Part shown: positions 36,476-50,227 of the stretch, piece after piece | How the letters are laid out: every line of letters begins with the position of its first letter | Numbering within the stretch: the stretch's first letter is position 1 | Assembly (NCBI RefSeq): GCF_963921235.1 | Contig: NC_086097.1 | Span: forward strand, 133,550,001-133,614,000 | Direction: 5' to 3' | Length of the DNA: 64,000 nt | Source: Mobula hypostoma | Taxonomy: Eukaryota | Position numbers and translations under genes: made by a program | The notes under the pieces: model-generated | Databases searched by the model: none | Seen by the model: the letters and a program-made list of their open reading frames with translations, nothing else | Told to the model about the DNA's origin: nothing

Positions 36476-37024
36476 AATGGCACTTTTCCTGAACTGCACA
36501 AGTTCAGAGGTGAAGCGAGTATTAAGCAAGTGAGGAGGTAGGAAGATGAGAATAAATGTAATAGTCAGAAAAGAGATCATTACCACCTTGGAGTTATCAA
36601 GGTATCTGGGCATTTCTCGTTACTGATTCCTCTCACCAATATCTACACCCACAAATACTCCTCAAAGTTACTTTTCTCTTTCACTCTCACAATCATGGCT
36701 CAACCCGCCCCCCCACCACTCTCTCATCTCTTGGCACCTTCTCCCCTCATGCTTCTTTTGATCTTCCATTTATCAAGCAACCATCTCACCCTCAGCAGGT
36801 GCAAAACTGAAAAAAGGCACTTGGCTGTGTCAACATCGAACTAGAGGTGTGCCTTTGAGGATTAGCAATTGTCAAAGATGTCCTGATTATGGTTTAAGTA
36901 GATTTGTTTATTCTTGTTACTTTCAGTATAGAGTAAAATAATGATGGTATCCTACTCATTACAAAGGAAAACAATTCCTAGGACTATTTTCTCATTTGTT
37001 GTGACAAAATGGAAGAGTTTACAT

Positions 37025-37190
37025 TTAAAAACGCAAATCACGAGGAAATCTGCAGATGCTGGAATTTCAAGCAACACACATAAAAATTGCTGGTGAATGC
37101 AGCAGGCCAGGCAGCATCTATAGGAAGAGGTACAGTTGACGTTTCGGGTTGAGACCCTTTGTCAGGACTAATTGAAAGAAGAGATAGTAA
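37025..37190 (-). mobile_element. Penelope pLTR fragment
   Basis: TCTGCAGATGCTGGAATTTCAAGCAACACAC...GCAGGCCAGGCAGCATCTAT followed by an antisense hammerhead core. Confidence 0.85.
37133..37170 (-). ncRNA. Minimal type I hammerhead ribozyme motif (Penelope type), best-preserved copy, one core mutation
   Basis: RNA UAGUC-CUGACAA-A-GGG-UCUCAA-CCC-GAAAC-GUC-AACUG: CUGANGA box has G8>A; stem II, GAAA and the GUC triplet are intact. Confidence 0.75.
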
Positions 37191-38289
37191 GAGAGTAAGA
37201 GTAAGACATTTCTTTAGATTCTAGATATTCAGCTTTATCTTTTCTCAGGTTTGAAGCAAAGGTATTAGTATGGTTAAATCTGTTGCAAGATATCCCATAA
37301 ACAAAAGAGATGGAGGCACCTTAATTTTGTCTCCTGATGCAAATATTATTGCTGATTTTTCTGTTTACTATTAATTAAAAATTAGGATTAAAAGAGAAGT
37401 AAAGAAGTTAGTGCTGCAGTTAACCAGATGCATTTTGCATCCTAAACAAGCTGTTTATACTTTCAACAGCTGCATTCAAAACTGTATTGTGCACAGCCAT
37501 CTAAAGAGGTGGTAATTTATTTACAAGATGGAACACTTAACCTATAATCGATAAGTTGAGTCTTCTGTCTCCTTCTGTGGACTGAGTGTTGCAGTCTGTG
37601 AAAAATTGTTACAAAGCAGAAATGCTGCTTGATTTTCCTGACCAACATATTGTCCACTCATGGAGCAAATTAAGTACATGTACATAAGGCCAATGCTGTG
37701 TCAGTATGCTTGTTTACAATATTAACCTCAAATATCGTTTGAGCTGAGAGATCTTTTCGGTTAGGACCAGTCAATGGTATCCCAGGACCTTATTTTCATT
37801 CTCAACCCCAAGCACTGGAGAAGACATATTGCAAGTGTTGAATAGGTCTTATGTGATCTGATTTTTTGAAAATAGATTGACCTGCTTAAGTGGCAAGTGG
37901 TCCAAGTGTGCTGTTCACTTGACCACCAGACCCCTTAAACAGGCATGAACCTTTCCAACTAACCTGTGTCCAGCTGGTTGACAAAGTTCATTGCAACACA
38001 GGCTCCTGTTGAGCCTGTGAGTCCTGACCTTAATTGCCTTGACCGCCAATTAGGCTGACCTCCCCAAGATGAACCTGCTGGCAAATATTGGCGCATGTCT
38101 CTGACATTAGCAAACATTCAAAAACTATTCATATTAACTAGTGTTTTTTTAAAAATAATTTAGCATTTTCAGAAAAATTTAAAAAGCACAGAATATTGGA
38201 AAAATATTCATGAAAATTAAATATATTTCACTGAACTCAGTTCAAAGTGCCTGTCCCTCTATCTCACTGCAGCAGACAAGATGTTGGTC

Positions 38290-38470
38290 AGTGGATCATG
38301 CAACATTTGTAGACAGAAATGGAAAGTCAATGTTTCAGGTTCAGATGAAGGGTCTTGATGTGAAACACTGATTGTCTATTTCCTTCCACAGATATTGCCT
38401 GATTTGCTGAGTTCCTCCAACATCTTGTTTACTGCTCCAGGTTCCAGCATCTACAGTCTCTTGTGTCTCC
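38290..38470. mobile_element. Penelope-derived foldback mini-element
   Basis: CAATGTTTCA / TGAAACACTG arms around CAGATGA-AGGGTC; then CAGATATTGCCTGATTTGCTGAGTTCCTCC. Confidence 0.65.
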
Positions 38471-38794
38471 ACCTTCTTCTTCTGCTGTTCTTTTTTTTTA
38501 AATGATTGGGGTTGCTGGATTTGCACTGTCACACCAGACGTGCTCCCACAGCAGAGTTACCCAGAGTAAGCAGCAGGAAGTTTTGTGGAAAGTTGCCGTT
38601 CCCCACTGGACACCATGGAGAATCTAATGGTGGAAAGCATTGTCCTGAATACAGTAAGCAGCTGAATGGATCTTCCTCACTTCAGTCTTTGCTGGCTTTT
38701 CTGTGGGAGATCTGAGCCATTATTTGCACATGAACGTGGATGCTGTTTTTGCCAATAAAATATAACCTAGCTCAATAACCCCATTCCCCGTAAC

Positions 38795-39045
38795 CTATTC
38801 TCTCCACGTTCATGTCAGCTACCCCAGTTTCAACTACTCACCTAAGCACTAGCTTAGGACAATTTACAGCAGTCAATTAACCTATCAACTCACACTTCTA
38901 TGGGATATGGGTGAAAACCAGAGCAACTGGAGGAAACTCAGGGAGTCCCAGTGAGCAAACTCCACACAGAAAGCATCCAAGGTCAGGATTGAACTTGGGT
39001 CTCTGGAGTTGTGAGGCAATGGCTCTGCTAGCTTTGTCACTGAAT
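38795..39045 (-). mobile_element. V-SINE remnant
   Basis: GGACAATTTACAGCAGTCAATTAACCTA...CAAACTCCACACAGA...GGATTGAACTTGGGTC (antisense B box). Confidence 0.7.
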
Positions 39046-39564
39046 CACCCTCTTTTGCAGTTTACATTCCCTCACTACCATAGTGGTTGCCATTTCTGAA
39101 GCTCCCACCACCCACCCTACCCTCTACTATCTCTGCATTGCTGTAATTATGGACTCCTGGACTCTCCTCATCTTCATGTCTTCTGTTTTCCAGACACTAA
39201 GCACTGGGATTGCCTCCCCACATATTCATAATTTCCACCTCTCCTCTTACAAGGCACTCATTAAAATCTACTTCTTTAATAAAATCACCCATCCTAAAAT
39301 ATCCTTAATGGCGCCAATTTTTTGTTTGATTCCTCTGAAGCATCTTGGGTCCTATTAAAGGCCAAGTGCAAGTTAGTGTTATATCTGGAACTGCCTTGGG
39401 TTTCCAGGTTAGCTTACCAGTTTTCTGCAATTGGTGGTTGTTATGCTTTCCCTAATGTCTGTTGAGCAATGCTTACTGAATTTGCATAGCCATCAAAGAT
39501 GTTGTGTAATGATAAAAAAGCAAGCAGCACTTTCCAGTTTTCAAATGGGTAGCTATCAATTTGA

Positions 39565-40322
39565 TAGGGGAGTAAACACAACCCTGCCCTCATTGAAAGA
39601 GCTGCTGTAAGGATGGTAGACAGCTTCAGTTTCCTTGGTATCCATATCATCAGCAGCTGCCCTGGTCGCTGGACTGTCCACACTGATGTGGTAATCAAGA
39701 ATGTTTATCAGCATTGTGTATTTTCTAAGGCATCTGCTTATCAACGAGGATTCTCACAAACTTCTACAGAAGCACAATAAGAAGCACCCTGACAGGTTGC
39801 ACCTCAGCCTGGTACGGCAGCTAGGCCGACAGAGAGTGGTAAATACTGCTCAGTCTGTCACAGGCTCATCACTTCTTTCCATCCAGTCCAACTTCATGGT
39901 GTGTTGCCTCAGGGAAGCTAATGATCTCGCCAAGGATGTTTGCAATCCTGGCCATTCTTTTTTTCTCACTTTATCACTTTAAGAGATGATACGGGAGCTT
40001 GAAAGCCCAGACAATCAGACTTAAGAACAGCTTTTTTACTTACTGCTGTCAGACTTCTGAACCAATCACCTCTTTCACATCCCCTCCCAGATGGAGTTGC
40101 CATGTTGTCGGACTCTTAATTCTGCCTCTCTTTGCTGTTCCATTATGGCCACTTCAGCAAATCTTTTTGCACTGCTTCAGGTTGCACTGCAATCTTTGCA
40201 CAATTCTGTTGTCTTGCTCATCACTGTACTTATTGTTGCCATATATGCTGTTTACTCTCTGAGCTTCTTGCAAGCAAGGAACTTCATTGCACCCTGGTGT
40301 ATATGATAATATACTAACCTGA
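39565..40322 (+). mobile_element. Decayed Rex1/Babar 3' portion
   Basis: VDSFSFLGIHI, RQRVVNTAQSVTGSSLLSI, RLKNSFF, then 3'UTR. Confidence 0.75.
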
Positions 40323-40422
40323 ATGTTACTTCCAGCTTGACAAAGTGAGTTTCAACACAATGCTGTCTGTTGCCTGATACAAGACCTTCTCTGTATTCTT
40401 CCAGCAAAGATCTAATAGGAAG

Positions 40423-40520
40423 CAGCCCTGATGAAGGGTCTCGACCTGAAATGTTGACAGTTTACTCTTTTCCATAGATGCTGCCTAGCCTGTTAAGTTC
40501 CTCCAACATTTTGATTGTGT
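40423..40520 (+). mobile_element. Penelope pLTR fragment with hammerhead core
   Basis: CAGCC-CTGATGA-AGGGTCTCGACCT-GAAAT-GTT-GACAG then CATAGATGCTGCCTAGCCTG. Confidence 0.8.
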
Positions 40521-41704
40521 TCATAGAAGCTTCACTAATTTAGGCATGGATTCTATCGATGTGTTTTATGTTTGTACCTTAGCACGTCGCCCAGTAACAT
40601 TGCCATGATTCATGCTTGCAGCTTCATCACAGATTCGGCTTTTGAAGGCATTTTACGTGCCTGGACTTTAGGGCAGGACTTTTCTGCCTGTGTAAAATAC
40701 ATGTGTATTGATAAGCTGAAGATCTTATTGCAAATTACATCTACTACGGATGTGGAAATAATTATCCATGATGTTGTCAAAAATATTTAATGGGAGGATA
40801 TTGTTTTTTTTAAAATTATTGTCACAGATAGAGTGGAAAACTTTGTTTTGACTGTCATCCATAGAGATTATTGCGAACGAAAGTACATTGAGGTAGTACA
40901 AAAAGAAAAGCAATAACAGAATGCCAAATAAGGTGTCACGGTTATAGGGAGAGTACAGTGCAGTGAGACAGATAAGGTTAGACAAATAAGGGCAATGACG
41001 AGGTAGATTGAAAGAGCAAGAGTTCTCCTTTTTGTACAAGAGGTGTATTCAGGAATCTTATAACTGCGTGATAGAAGATGAGATAGAGAAATGTATACAC
41101 AAGCACAAAGGAAATAATGCTTTTGTACAAGTAACATGTTTAAAAAGAAGTGATCACTGCTTTTCAAACTTTCTCTTTTTATTGTGTTTTGACAAATTGA
41201 CTGGAAATTAAGTGAAACCACTTCCTTTTATTACTTCTTGCAGAAGTGCTGGAGGGTAACAGAAAATTCAGAAGATTATTCATAGTTCCTTTCAGAATGG
41301 GAAGTTATTATTTAAAATAGTAAAATCTGCAGGGTTATTTTCATTCAGTACAGCACAAAGAATAGAAAGAATTTACTTCAAACCTTGCAGAACAGCTTGT
41401 TCATAGTTTAACCTGCTATTTTCATTGTATAGATAGAGAAAATCAAATTCTATTTTTAAAAAAATTACCATCTTGAGGTAAGGGTATGGTAACCTTCATT
41501 CGACGTAATATAATGTAGGGTTAGGAATAAAATGTTGCACTAACGAGAATTGTTAGTGAAATATTTTACATTTTATTAGTCTTTGTAACAGAACATATTC
41601 CATTTACACAAAATTCTGAGGCAATATGGTGTTATAATTTAAAGGAAATGCTCTCTGAAACTTGCTGTCGGAAAGGTTTCAGTTACTTAAGGGGAGGTGA
41701 TTTA

Positions 41705-44064
41705 GTTTCTAAATTGGAGAAAGGACAATATTGATTGTATCAGAAAGGATCTGACAAGTGTGAATTGGGACAGGTTGTTCTCTGGCAAAGGTGTCCTTGC
41801 TAAGTGGGAGGCCCTACGAAAGTGAAATTTTGGGAGTACAGAGTTTGTCTGTTCCTGTAAGAATAAAAATACAAGGATAATAGGTTTAGAGAGCTGTAGC
41901 TTTCGAGAGATATTGAGACCCTAGTTAAGAGAAAGAAGGAGGGGCATAGCAGGTATAGGCAGGCAGGAACAAATGAGGTACTCGAGGAGTGTAAGAAATG
42001 CAAGAGAACACTTAAGAAGGAAATCAGGGGGGCTAAAAGAAACACGAGGTTGCTCTAGCAGACAAGGTGAAGGAGAATCCCAAGGGTTCCTACAGATATA
42101 CTAAGAGCAAAATGATACATAGGGAAAAAATTGGTCCTCTGGAAGATCAGAGTGGTAATCTATGTGTGGAACTGAAAGAGATGGGGAAGATCTTAAATGC
42201 GTTTTTTGCATCTGTATTTACTCAGGAGATGAACACAGAGTTTATCGATACGAGACAAAGCAGCAATGAGGTCATGGTCTCTGTGCAGATTATCGAGGAG
42301 GAGGTGTTTGCTGTCTTGAGACAAATTGGTGTGGGTACATTCCAAGGGCCTGACAAATTGTTCCCCTATTCCCTGTGGGAGGCTGGTGCAGAAATTGCAG
42401 GGGCCCTGGCAGAGATATTCAAAACGTCCTTAGTGATGGGTGGGGTACTGGAGACTGGAGGATCAATAATGTTGTTCTGTTGTTTAAGAAAGGCTCTAAG
42501 AATAACCCAGGAAATTATAAGCCAGTGACATCAGTAGCGGACAAGTTATTGGAAGATATTCTAAGGAATTGGATATGTATGTATTTGAGTAGTTAAAACT
42601 GATTAGGCATAGTCAACATGGCTTTGTGCATAGTAAGTCATGTCTAACCAATCTTTGCCGAAGAAGATACCAGGAAGGTTGATAAAGGCAAGGCAGTAAG
42701 TGTAGTCTACATGGACCTTAGCAGGGTATTTGACAAGGTCCCACATGGGAGGTTGATTAAGAAGGTTCAAGATGATATAGTCAACTGGATTAGACATTGG
42801 CTTCGTGGAAGAAGCCAGAGAGTGTTTGCAAATGGTTACCTTGCTAACTGGAGGCCTATGACTAGTTGTGTGTCACAGGGATCAGTGCTGGATCCATTGC
42901 TGTTTGTCATCTATATCAATGATTAGGATGATGATGTGATAAACTGGATCAGCAAATTTGTGGATGACACCAAGATTGAGGGTATAGTGGACAGCGAGAA
43001 AAAATATTGAAGCTTGCAGCGGGATATGGACCATCTGGTGAATTGAGCTGAAAAATGGCAGATAGAATTTAATGTAGCAAGTGTGAGATGTTGCACTTTG
43101 AGAACAGTATGGCACTGAGGAGTGTGTTAGAACTGAGGGATCAGGGAATACAGATCCATAATTCCTTGAAAGTGACTTCGCAGGTAGATAAGGTTGTAAA
43201 GATGGTTTTTGACACATTGGACTTCATAAATCAATGTATTGAGCACAGGAGTTGGGAAGTTATATTGAAATTGTATAAGACATTGATAAGACCTGATTTG
43301 GAGCAGTATGTCCAGTTTTAGTCACCTGCCTAATGTAAATAAGATTGAAAGAGTGCAGAGAAAATTTACAAGGATGTTTCTGGGATTTGAGGACCTGATT
43401 TATAGGGAAAGGTTAAATTGGTTAGGACCTTATTCCCTAGAACAGGGGTCCCCAATCTTTTTTGCACCACGGACCAGTTTAATATTGAAAATATTCTTGC
43501 GGACTGGCCGACGGTGGGGGGGGGGGGGGGAGGTGTTCAAGTTCGACAGAGCGTGACAGGGAATGGTGAAAGGTGAAGCTGACTCATATAATTTCATATC
43601 GCCAAATCATATAATTTCCTCGTGGCCTGGTAGCACATGCTTTGCGGCCCGGTGGTTGGGGACTACTGCCCTAGAACATAAACGATTGAAGGGAGATTTG
43701 ATATAATTATACAAAGTTATGAGGGGGCATAGATTGGGTAAATCCAAGCAGGCTTTATCCACTGGGGTTGGGTGGGAACTAGAGGGCATGTGTTAAGGGT
43801 GAAAGGTGAAATGTTTAAGGAGAACATGAGGGGGAGCTTCTTCACTCAGAGGGTGGTGAGAGGGTGGAATGAGCTGCCAGCACAAGTAGTGGATGCGGGG
43901 TGGATTTCAACATTTAGGAGAAACCTTCAATTGGAATATTGATGGGACTGGTTAGGAGGGCTATGGCTCGGATGTAGATTGATGGAATTCAACAGATTAA
44001 AAGTTCAGCACAGACTAGATGGACCAAAGGGCCTGTTTCTGTGCTGTAATGTTCTATGACTCTA
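41705..44064 (+). mobile_element. Decayed CR1 LINE (ORF2 middle to 3' tail)
   Basis: KENPKG, IGPLEDQSG, DLSRVFDKVPHGRL, VSQGSVLDPLLFVIYIND, ERVQRKFTRM; tail TTCTATGACTCTA. Confidence 0.93.
43443..43668. mobile_element. Non-autonomous hAT (Charlie-type) element with perfect 8-bp TSD
   Basis: TIRs CAGGGGTCCCCAA / TTGGGGACTACTG; TSD CCCTAGAA at 43435-43442 and 43669-43676. Confidence 0.92.
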
Positions 44065-44524
44065 GCTTCATAGAAGAGTCAATAACTGATAAATTTCTCT
44101 GGTGCCCTAGGAGCACAGTTAGGCTTACTGTTGCAAGTGGTTCTCTTTGTCAAAACTGCAAGCACCATCATGCATTCTGTATGATATCATTTTCCAATAT
44201 AAATATTGTGAAGGTAATCTCAAATGAACATGCCATCATTAGCAATGATGAGTGAAAATGGAAACTCAGGGTGTTGTAGAAGCTTGCTGTGGATGTTTTA
44301 ACAGATCATTTCATTCCACAGGAGATAAAAATATGTTATCAGTAGTCAACCTGAGTGAATCTCAAATTATTCTGTTTAAACCACTTGTCTTTGATGAGCG
44401 TAAGACAGATTAAGAGGGAGGATCTGAGACTGTTGATAGCTTTTGAATAATCTTGCACTGTGCATTTGCCTTTATTAGTTAAGGCAATGAGCTTATCAAG
44501 AGATCTCTCTTCCCTCACCTCCAA

Positions 44525-44935
44525 CCCCCTCCCCCCAGGTGTTCACCATCCAGTCTACGCTATCTTCTCGCTACCACCATCGTCCAGGGGGTCCCAGGAG
44601 CCTTAGGTCCCACACAACCAGGTTCAGGAATAGCTATTGCCCTATAGCCATCAGGCTCCTGAATCAATGTGGATAACTTCACTCACCTCAACACTGAACT
44701 GATTCCACTACCTACAGGTCCCTTCAAGGACTCAATAATTCACGTTCACAATCTTAGTTATTTATACTTTGTTGGCACAGTTTGTCTTCTTCTGCACATT
44801 AGTTGTTTGCCAGTCTGCTTATGTGTAGGTTTTCATAAATTCTACTGTATTTCTTTATTTTCTTGCAAGAAAATAAATCTCAAGGTAGTATATGGTGACA
44901 TATATGTACTTTGATAATAAATTTGCTTTGACTTT
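44525..44935 (+). mobile_element. Rex-type LINE 3' end
   Basis: ACCAGGTTCAGGAATAGC...CCATCAGGCTCCTGAA...AATCTCAAGGTAGTATATGGTGACATATATGTACTTTGATAATAAA. Confidence 0.75.
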
Positions 44936-45072
44936 GTCTTTAAGAGTTAGGAAGTTGCAGTTTAATAAAGGATTAGGCCACATCTAGAGTATTGCATTCA
45001 ATTCCTGTTATGGGAAGGATGGAGAGCTTCAGAGAGGGTGCATTAGAGGTTTACCGGGATGGCAGCTGAATT

Positions 45073-45978
45073 AAGCTTTATACTTTATTGTCGCCAAACA
45101 ATTGATACTAGAACATACAATCATCACAGCGATATTTGATTCTGTGCTTCCCGCTCCCTGGATTACAAATCAATAGTAAATATTAAAAATTTAAATTATA
45201 AATCATAAATAGAAAATAGAAAAATGGGAAGTAAGGTAGTGCAAAAAAATCGAGAGGCAGGTCCGGATATTTGGATGGTAAGGCCCAGATCTGGGTCAGG
45301 ATCCGTTCAGCAGTCTTATCACAGTTGGAAAGAAGCTGTTCCCAAATCTGGTTGTATGAGTCTTCAAGCTCCTGAGCCTTCTCCCGGAGGGAAGAGGGAC
45401 AAAAAGCATGTTGGCTGAGTGGGTTGTGTCCTTGATTATCCTGGCAGCACTGCTCCGACAGCGTGCGGTGTAAAGTGAGTCCAGGGACGGAAGATTGGTT
45501 TGTGTGATGTGCTGCGCCGTGTTCATGATCTTCTGCAGCTCCTTCCGGTCTTGGACAGGACAACTTCTATACCAGGTTGTGATGCACCCTAGAAGAATGC
45601 TTTCTACGGTGCATCTATAAAAATTAGTGAGGGTTTTAGGGGACAGGCCAAATTTCTTTAGTTTTCTCAGGAAGTAAAGGCGCTGGTGGGCCTTCTTGGC
45701 GGTGGACTCTGCTTGGTTGGTCCAAGTCAGGTCATTTGTGATATTGACCCCGAGGAACTTAAAGCTTTTGACCTGTTCTACTTGCGCACCACTGATGTAA
45801 ATTGGGTCGTGCGGTCTGCTACTCCTTCTGAAGTCAACAACCAATTCATTCGTCTTGCTGACGTTGAGGGATAGGTTATTGTCTTCGCACCATGTCACCA
45901 GGTTCTTAATTTCCTCTCTGTACTCAAACTCATCATTACCCGAGATACGGCCTACAATTGTGTAATCAGCAAACTTAT
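45073..45978 (-). mobile_element. Young 5'-truncated Rex1/Babar LINE (open RT C-terminus) inside a CR1 remnant (~44945-46320)
   Basis: ORF 45296-45898 WCEDNNLSLNVSKT.ELVVDFRR...FKFLGV...AHQRLYFLRKL...FYRCTVESIL...RFGNSFFP; tail GACAATAAAGTATAAAG. Confidence 0.95.
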
Positions 45979-46475
45979 AGCATGAGCTATAAAGGGAGGT
46001 TGGACAAACTTGGGTTTTTTTTTACTGGAGTGGCAGAAGCTGAAGGGAGACCAGGTACAATTTTATAAAGTTATGAGAGACATCTTTTTCCAAGGGTCAA
46101 AATACCTCACACGGGAGAGCATGCATTCAAGATGAGATGGGGAAAGTTCAAAGGAAATGAGTAGAGCATGTTTTCTTGTACAGAAAGTTATGTGTGCCTA
46201 GAACATTCTGCCTGGTGGTGCAGGCAGAAGTAAATAATGTAATTAGAAATTATTAGCTTAATTAGTATGGCACACATTTATGTGTTGAAACACCTGTTCC
46301 TATGCTGTATTGTTCAATGTTTTTTTTCTGATATTAGTGTTTCAGTCTATATTTCTCTATACAGACAGGTGCAAAGCTCTGTACATGGTATTTGCATATT
46401 CCTGAACCCGTTCAGCGACCATAGCAACTCAATCTTTCTCAATACCATTCTAATCTGAGATACATTGGGGTGCCA

Positions 46476-46730
46476 AGGCGGGCAGCAGATAGCACGGTGC
46501 TATTACAGCTTGGGGCATTGAGTTCAGATTTCAATTCTGGCGCAGGGATTTTGTACGTTCCCTCTGTGACTGCATGGGTTTCCTCTCACAGTTCAAAGAG
46601 GTACTGGGTAGTAGGTTAATTGGTCATTATAAATTGTTTTGGGGTTAGGTAAGTGTTAAATCGGTGGGTTGTGAGTGGCGCAGCTCATTGGGCAGAAAGG
46701 GCCTGTTTTTGCCACATTTCTAAATAAAAC
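46476..46730 (+). mobile_element. V-SINE
   Basis: tRNA-like head, TTTGTACGTTCCCTCTGTGACTGCATGGGTTTCCTC, GGTTAATTGGTCATT, tail TAAATAAA. Confidence 0.75.
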
Positions 46731-47109
46731 AAATGATAAAAATATTCGGTGCTACAACAGGTAACTTTTCCCTTTCTTTCTAAAGTCAAAGATTACTCAG
46801 CAGCTCTTGGATTCCAGCACCCCTCCTGACCCTTCCCCCCGCCCCCCCAGCCTTTCCTTCTTATCTCCCCTCCTAGGTCCCACTCCCTGCTATGTTTTCA
46901 TCATTATTCTGATCTTCACTTCTCATTCAGTCCTCAGCAGAGGCTTCAGCTTTGTCCCCGTTACCTAAAATTCCAAACTGTGAAGGGTGACATATTGGAA
47001 ACTTTAATTCTGTTTCTCTCTCTATGGATGTTGGCTGTCTTGATGTGGTTTTCCAGACTTTTTATATTTTTGTCCTATGGTTTGGAAGACTGACATAGAA
47101 AAAAAGAAA

Positions 47110-47372
47110 ACAAAACTTAGCTTTCTTTGTCACGTTTACATCAAAACATACAGTGAAATGCATTGTTTGCATCAAGTCAAATCAGTAAGGACTGTGCTGA
47201 GCAGCCTGCAAGTGTCACCCCACTTCTGGTGCCAACACAGCATACCCACAACTCACTAACCCTGACCGTGCATCTTTGAAATGTGGGGGCAAAGTGGACC
47301 AGCTGGAGGAAACCCCCATGGTGGTGGGGAGAACGTACAAACTCCTCAGGGAAAATGGCAGGAATCGAACCT
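47110..47372 (-). mobile_element. V-domain SINE with Rex-type tail, split by a CR1 (head resumes at ~48248-48280)
   Basis: GGAGGAAACCCCCATGG...GGAGAACGTACAAACTCC...GGAATCGAACC. Confidence 0.7.
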
Positions 47373-48245
47373 TGTGGAAGGCTGTCAGAGGTTACAACAG
47401 GACATTGATAGGATGCAAAACTGGGCTGAGAAGTGGCAGAGGGAGTTCAACCCAGATAAGTGAAAGGTGGTTCATTTTGGTAGGTCAAATATGATGGCAG
47501 AATATAGTATTAATGGTAAGACTCTTGGCAGTGTGGAGAATCAGAGGGATCTTGGGGTCCGAGTCCATAGGACACTCAAAGCTGCTGCGTAGGTTGACTC
47601 TGTGGTTAAGAAGGCATACGGTGCATTGGCCTTCATCAATCGTGTGATTGAGTTTACGAGCCAAGAGGTAATGTTGCAGCTATATAGGACCCTGATCAGA
47701 CCCCACTTGGAGTACTGTGCTCAGGTCTGGTCGCCTCACTACAGGAAGGATGTGGAAACTATGGAAAGGGTGCAGAGGAGATTTATGAGGATGTTGCCTG
47801 GATTGGGGAGCATGCCTTATGAGAATAGGTTGAATGAACTCGGCCTTTTTTCCTTGGAGTGATGGAGGATGAGAGGTGACTTGATAGGGGTGTATAAGAT
47901 GATGAGAGGCATTGATTGTGTGAATAGTCAGAGGCCTTTTCCCAGGCTGAAATGGGTAGCATGGGAAGGTATAGTTTTAAGGTGCTTGGAAGTAACTACA
48001 GAGGGGATGTCAGGGATAAGATTTTTACGCAGAGAGTGGTGAGTGTGTGGAATAGGCTGCCGGCGGCGGTGGTGGAGGCGGATATGATAGGGTCTTTTAA
48101 GAGACTCCAGGACAGGTACATGATGCTTAGAAAAATAGAGGGCTATAGGTAACCCTAGGTAATTTCTAAGGTATGGACATGTTCGGCACAGCTTTGTGGG
48201 CCGAAGGGCCTGTATTGTGCTGTAGGTTTTCTATGTTTCCATGTT
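47373..48245 (+). mobile_element. 5'-truncated CR1 (RT C-terminus and tail)
   Basis: QRLQQDIDRMQNWAEKWQ, RPHLEYCAQVWSPHYRKDV, FTQRVV; tail TTTCTATGTTTCCATG. Confidence 0.93.
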
Positions 48246-49774
48246 TTTACAGCTAGCACTATAAAACATTGCACTAACTGTGAATATCCTGGGGCAGGAG
48301 CGGGTCATTCGAGGGGAAATCTCTTGGTTAGTTTGTTCCTGGGCTAGGCCAAAGTTGTCATTCACAGGTCCAGGCCGTGGGCAGTCGAGGGTTCTGTCCC
48401 AGCTGACTATCTATCCCTCTTCCAGGGATATGCCCATGCCAGTGGGTGTCACAGGGACTTGAATGGGCTCTGGATAAAGATGTGTTGCAATTTGAAGCTA
48501 TTGACTGTAAATAGTGTGAATCATGTCGTATTGAAGTACTATAATGTGATACTGTAATTACTGAATATTCCTCCTTTGATAAGGCAGAAATATAAAAATA
48601 TATTAAATGGCTGATAGGCCCTTTTGACAATGGGTTTTAACCTGAGATGCTTTCTGAATTTCTCTCTCCACAGATGCTACCTGACCTGCTGCGTTTTCCA
48701 GCATTTCTGTTTTTATTTAATTAAGATTTCCAGAATCTGTGTTTTTATTTAATTTTCTTCAGTGTCCTTCAAACAGATTGATTTTGTCAGGGATGGTTTA
48801 ACTAGATGTGTTTAGCATTGATTTGGTGATTATGGGGTACTTTAAAAAAAACTGGTTTACCCCAGGACTAATATCTAGCGAAAGTTAATAATCACCGAGA
48901 TACTGGATCTTGGTCCCTTTGGAACTTTTTTCTTGTCTTTAAATTCATTGCAATATGAAAAAAATATTATTATGTGGCAAATCGAGCAGTAAGAGTTTGA
49001 AGTGAATTGGCTCCACTATCTAATCCAGTCTTTGTATTCTAAGGAGAGTGGAAATATTTCTGTAATTGAACAGGAAGGATCTCTTTATGTCTATACAATT
49101 AAAAGCACAAGATACCCATTGTGGATCCTGTTAAGCTGAATTATAAGTTATTCATTTGATATGTTCACTGGGACATTATGGAGCTTTATTCATTTTGCTC
49201 TGTTGATATATACTTGAGATATTTTTAATTAGTGGGCATTTGAGCAAACTGGGAAAGAAAGTGTGATGATTTTAGTGGACATTTTTAAGAGCTGTAGATT
49301 TTTCTGGCAGCTCCTGAAGTAGAATGGAAGGTTAACTTAAAAAATCAAAAGCAGAGCAGGGTTAGTTGTCTTCTGCAGAATCTATTGCGAGTTTTATTGT
49401 ACCTGATGAAAATATATCTGTTTTCTCAATGGTCACCCAAATGAGTGGAAATAAAGCACATTTAAAGATGGGCACCCTGCCCTTGCTGTTTCACTCGGTG
49501 CTTGGCATAGTGCACTGGGATTCTGATCTGTCATTTAATAAGGACTTCAACATTGACCTTTTTTCTCGTGTATATTTCTGCACCTTTGGTGATATGAATA
49601 CAAAGAGGCCATTCAGCATGACGAGTCTGTTCCATTGATCGGATCATGAAAACTTGCTAATCCCGGTCCATCTATTTGTACTCACATCACAAAAGTAGAC
49701 TGGCCTCCAATTCAAAATTTTAATTCAATCACATCCTGGATAATCTCAGTTCTTCCAGTTCCCAGGGAGAAGAT

Positions 49775-50110
49775 ATAGAATCATAAGATATAGGAGCAGA
49801 ATTAGGCCACTTGGCCCATTGAGTGCTCCGCTATTTCATCACAGCTGATCCATTTTCCCTCTCAGCCCCAATTTCCTGCCTTCTCCCCATATCCCTTCAT
49901 GCTCTGACCAGTCAAGAATTTATCAACCTCTGCCTTAAATATACATAAAGACTTGGCCTCCACAGCCACCTGTGGCAATGAATTCCACAGATTCATTAAG
50001 AAATATGGCAGATTCCCACTGCCCTTTGTGTGAAGAAGTTTCCCTTGAAACTCAGATGGCCTGGCTGTAACTTTAGGGTAACGTGCCGGTTCTAGACACC
50101 TCCAGAGAGT
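49775..50110 (-). mobile_element. CR1 3' end (subfamily resembling 34158-35576)
   Basis: CATAAGATATAGGAGCAGAATTAGGCCA...TGGCCTCCACAGCC...GAATTCCACAGATTCA. Confidence 0.75.
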
Positions 50111-50227
50111 GGGACTAATTTCTATAAACCTTACTGAATCATTCCATCTTCTTTATCATTCATTTAGAATCTTTTTGTCCCATCCCCAGACCATTGGATT
50201 TGGACAAAGTCAATGTGAGAGAGGACT

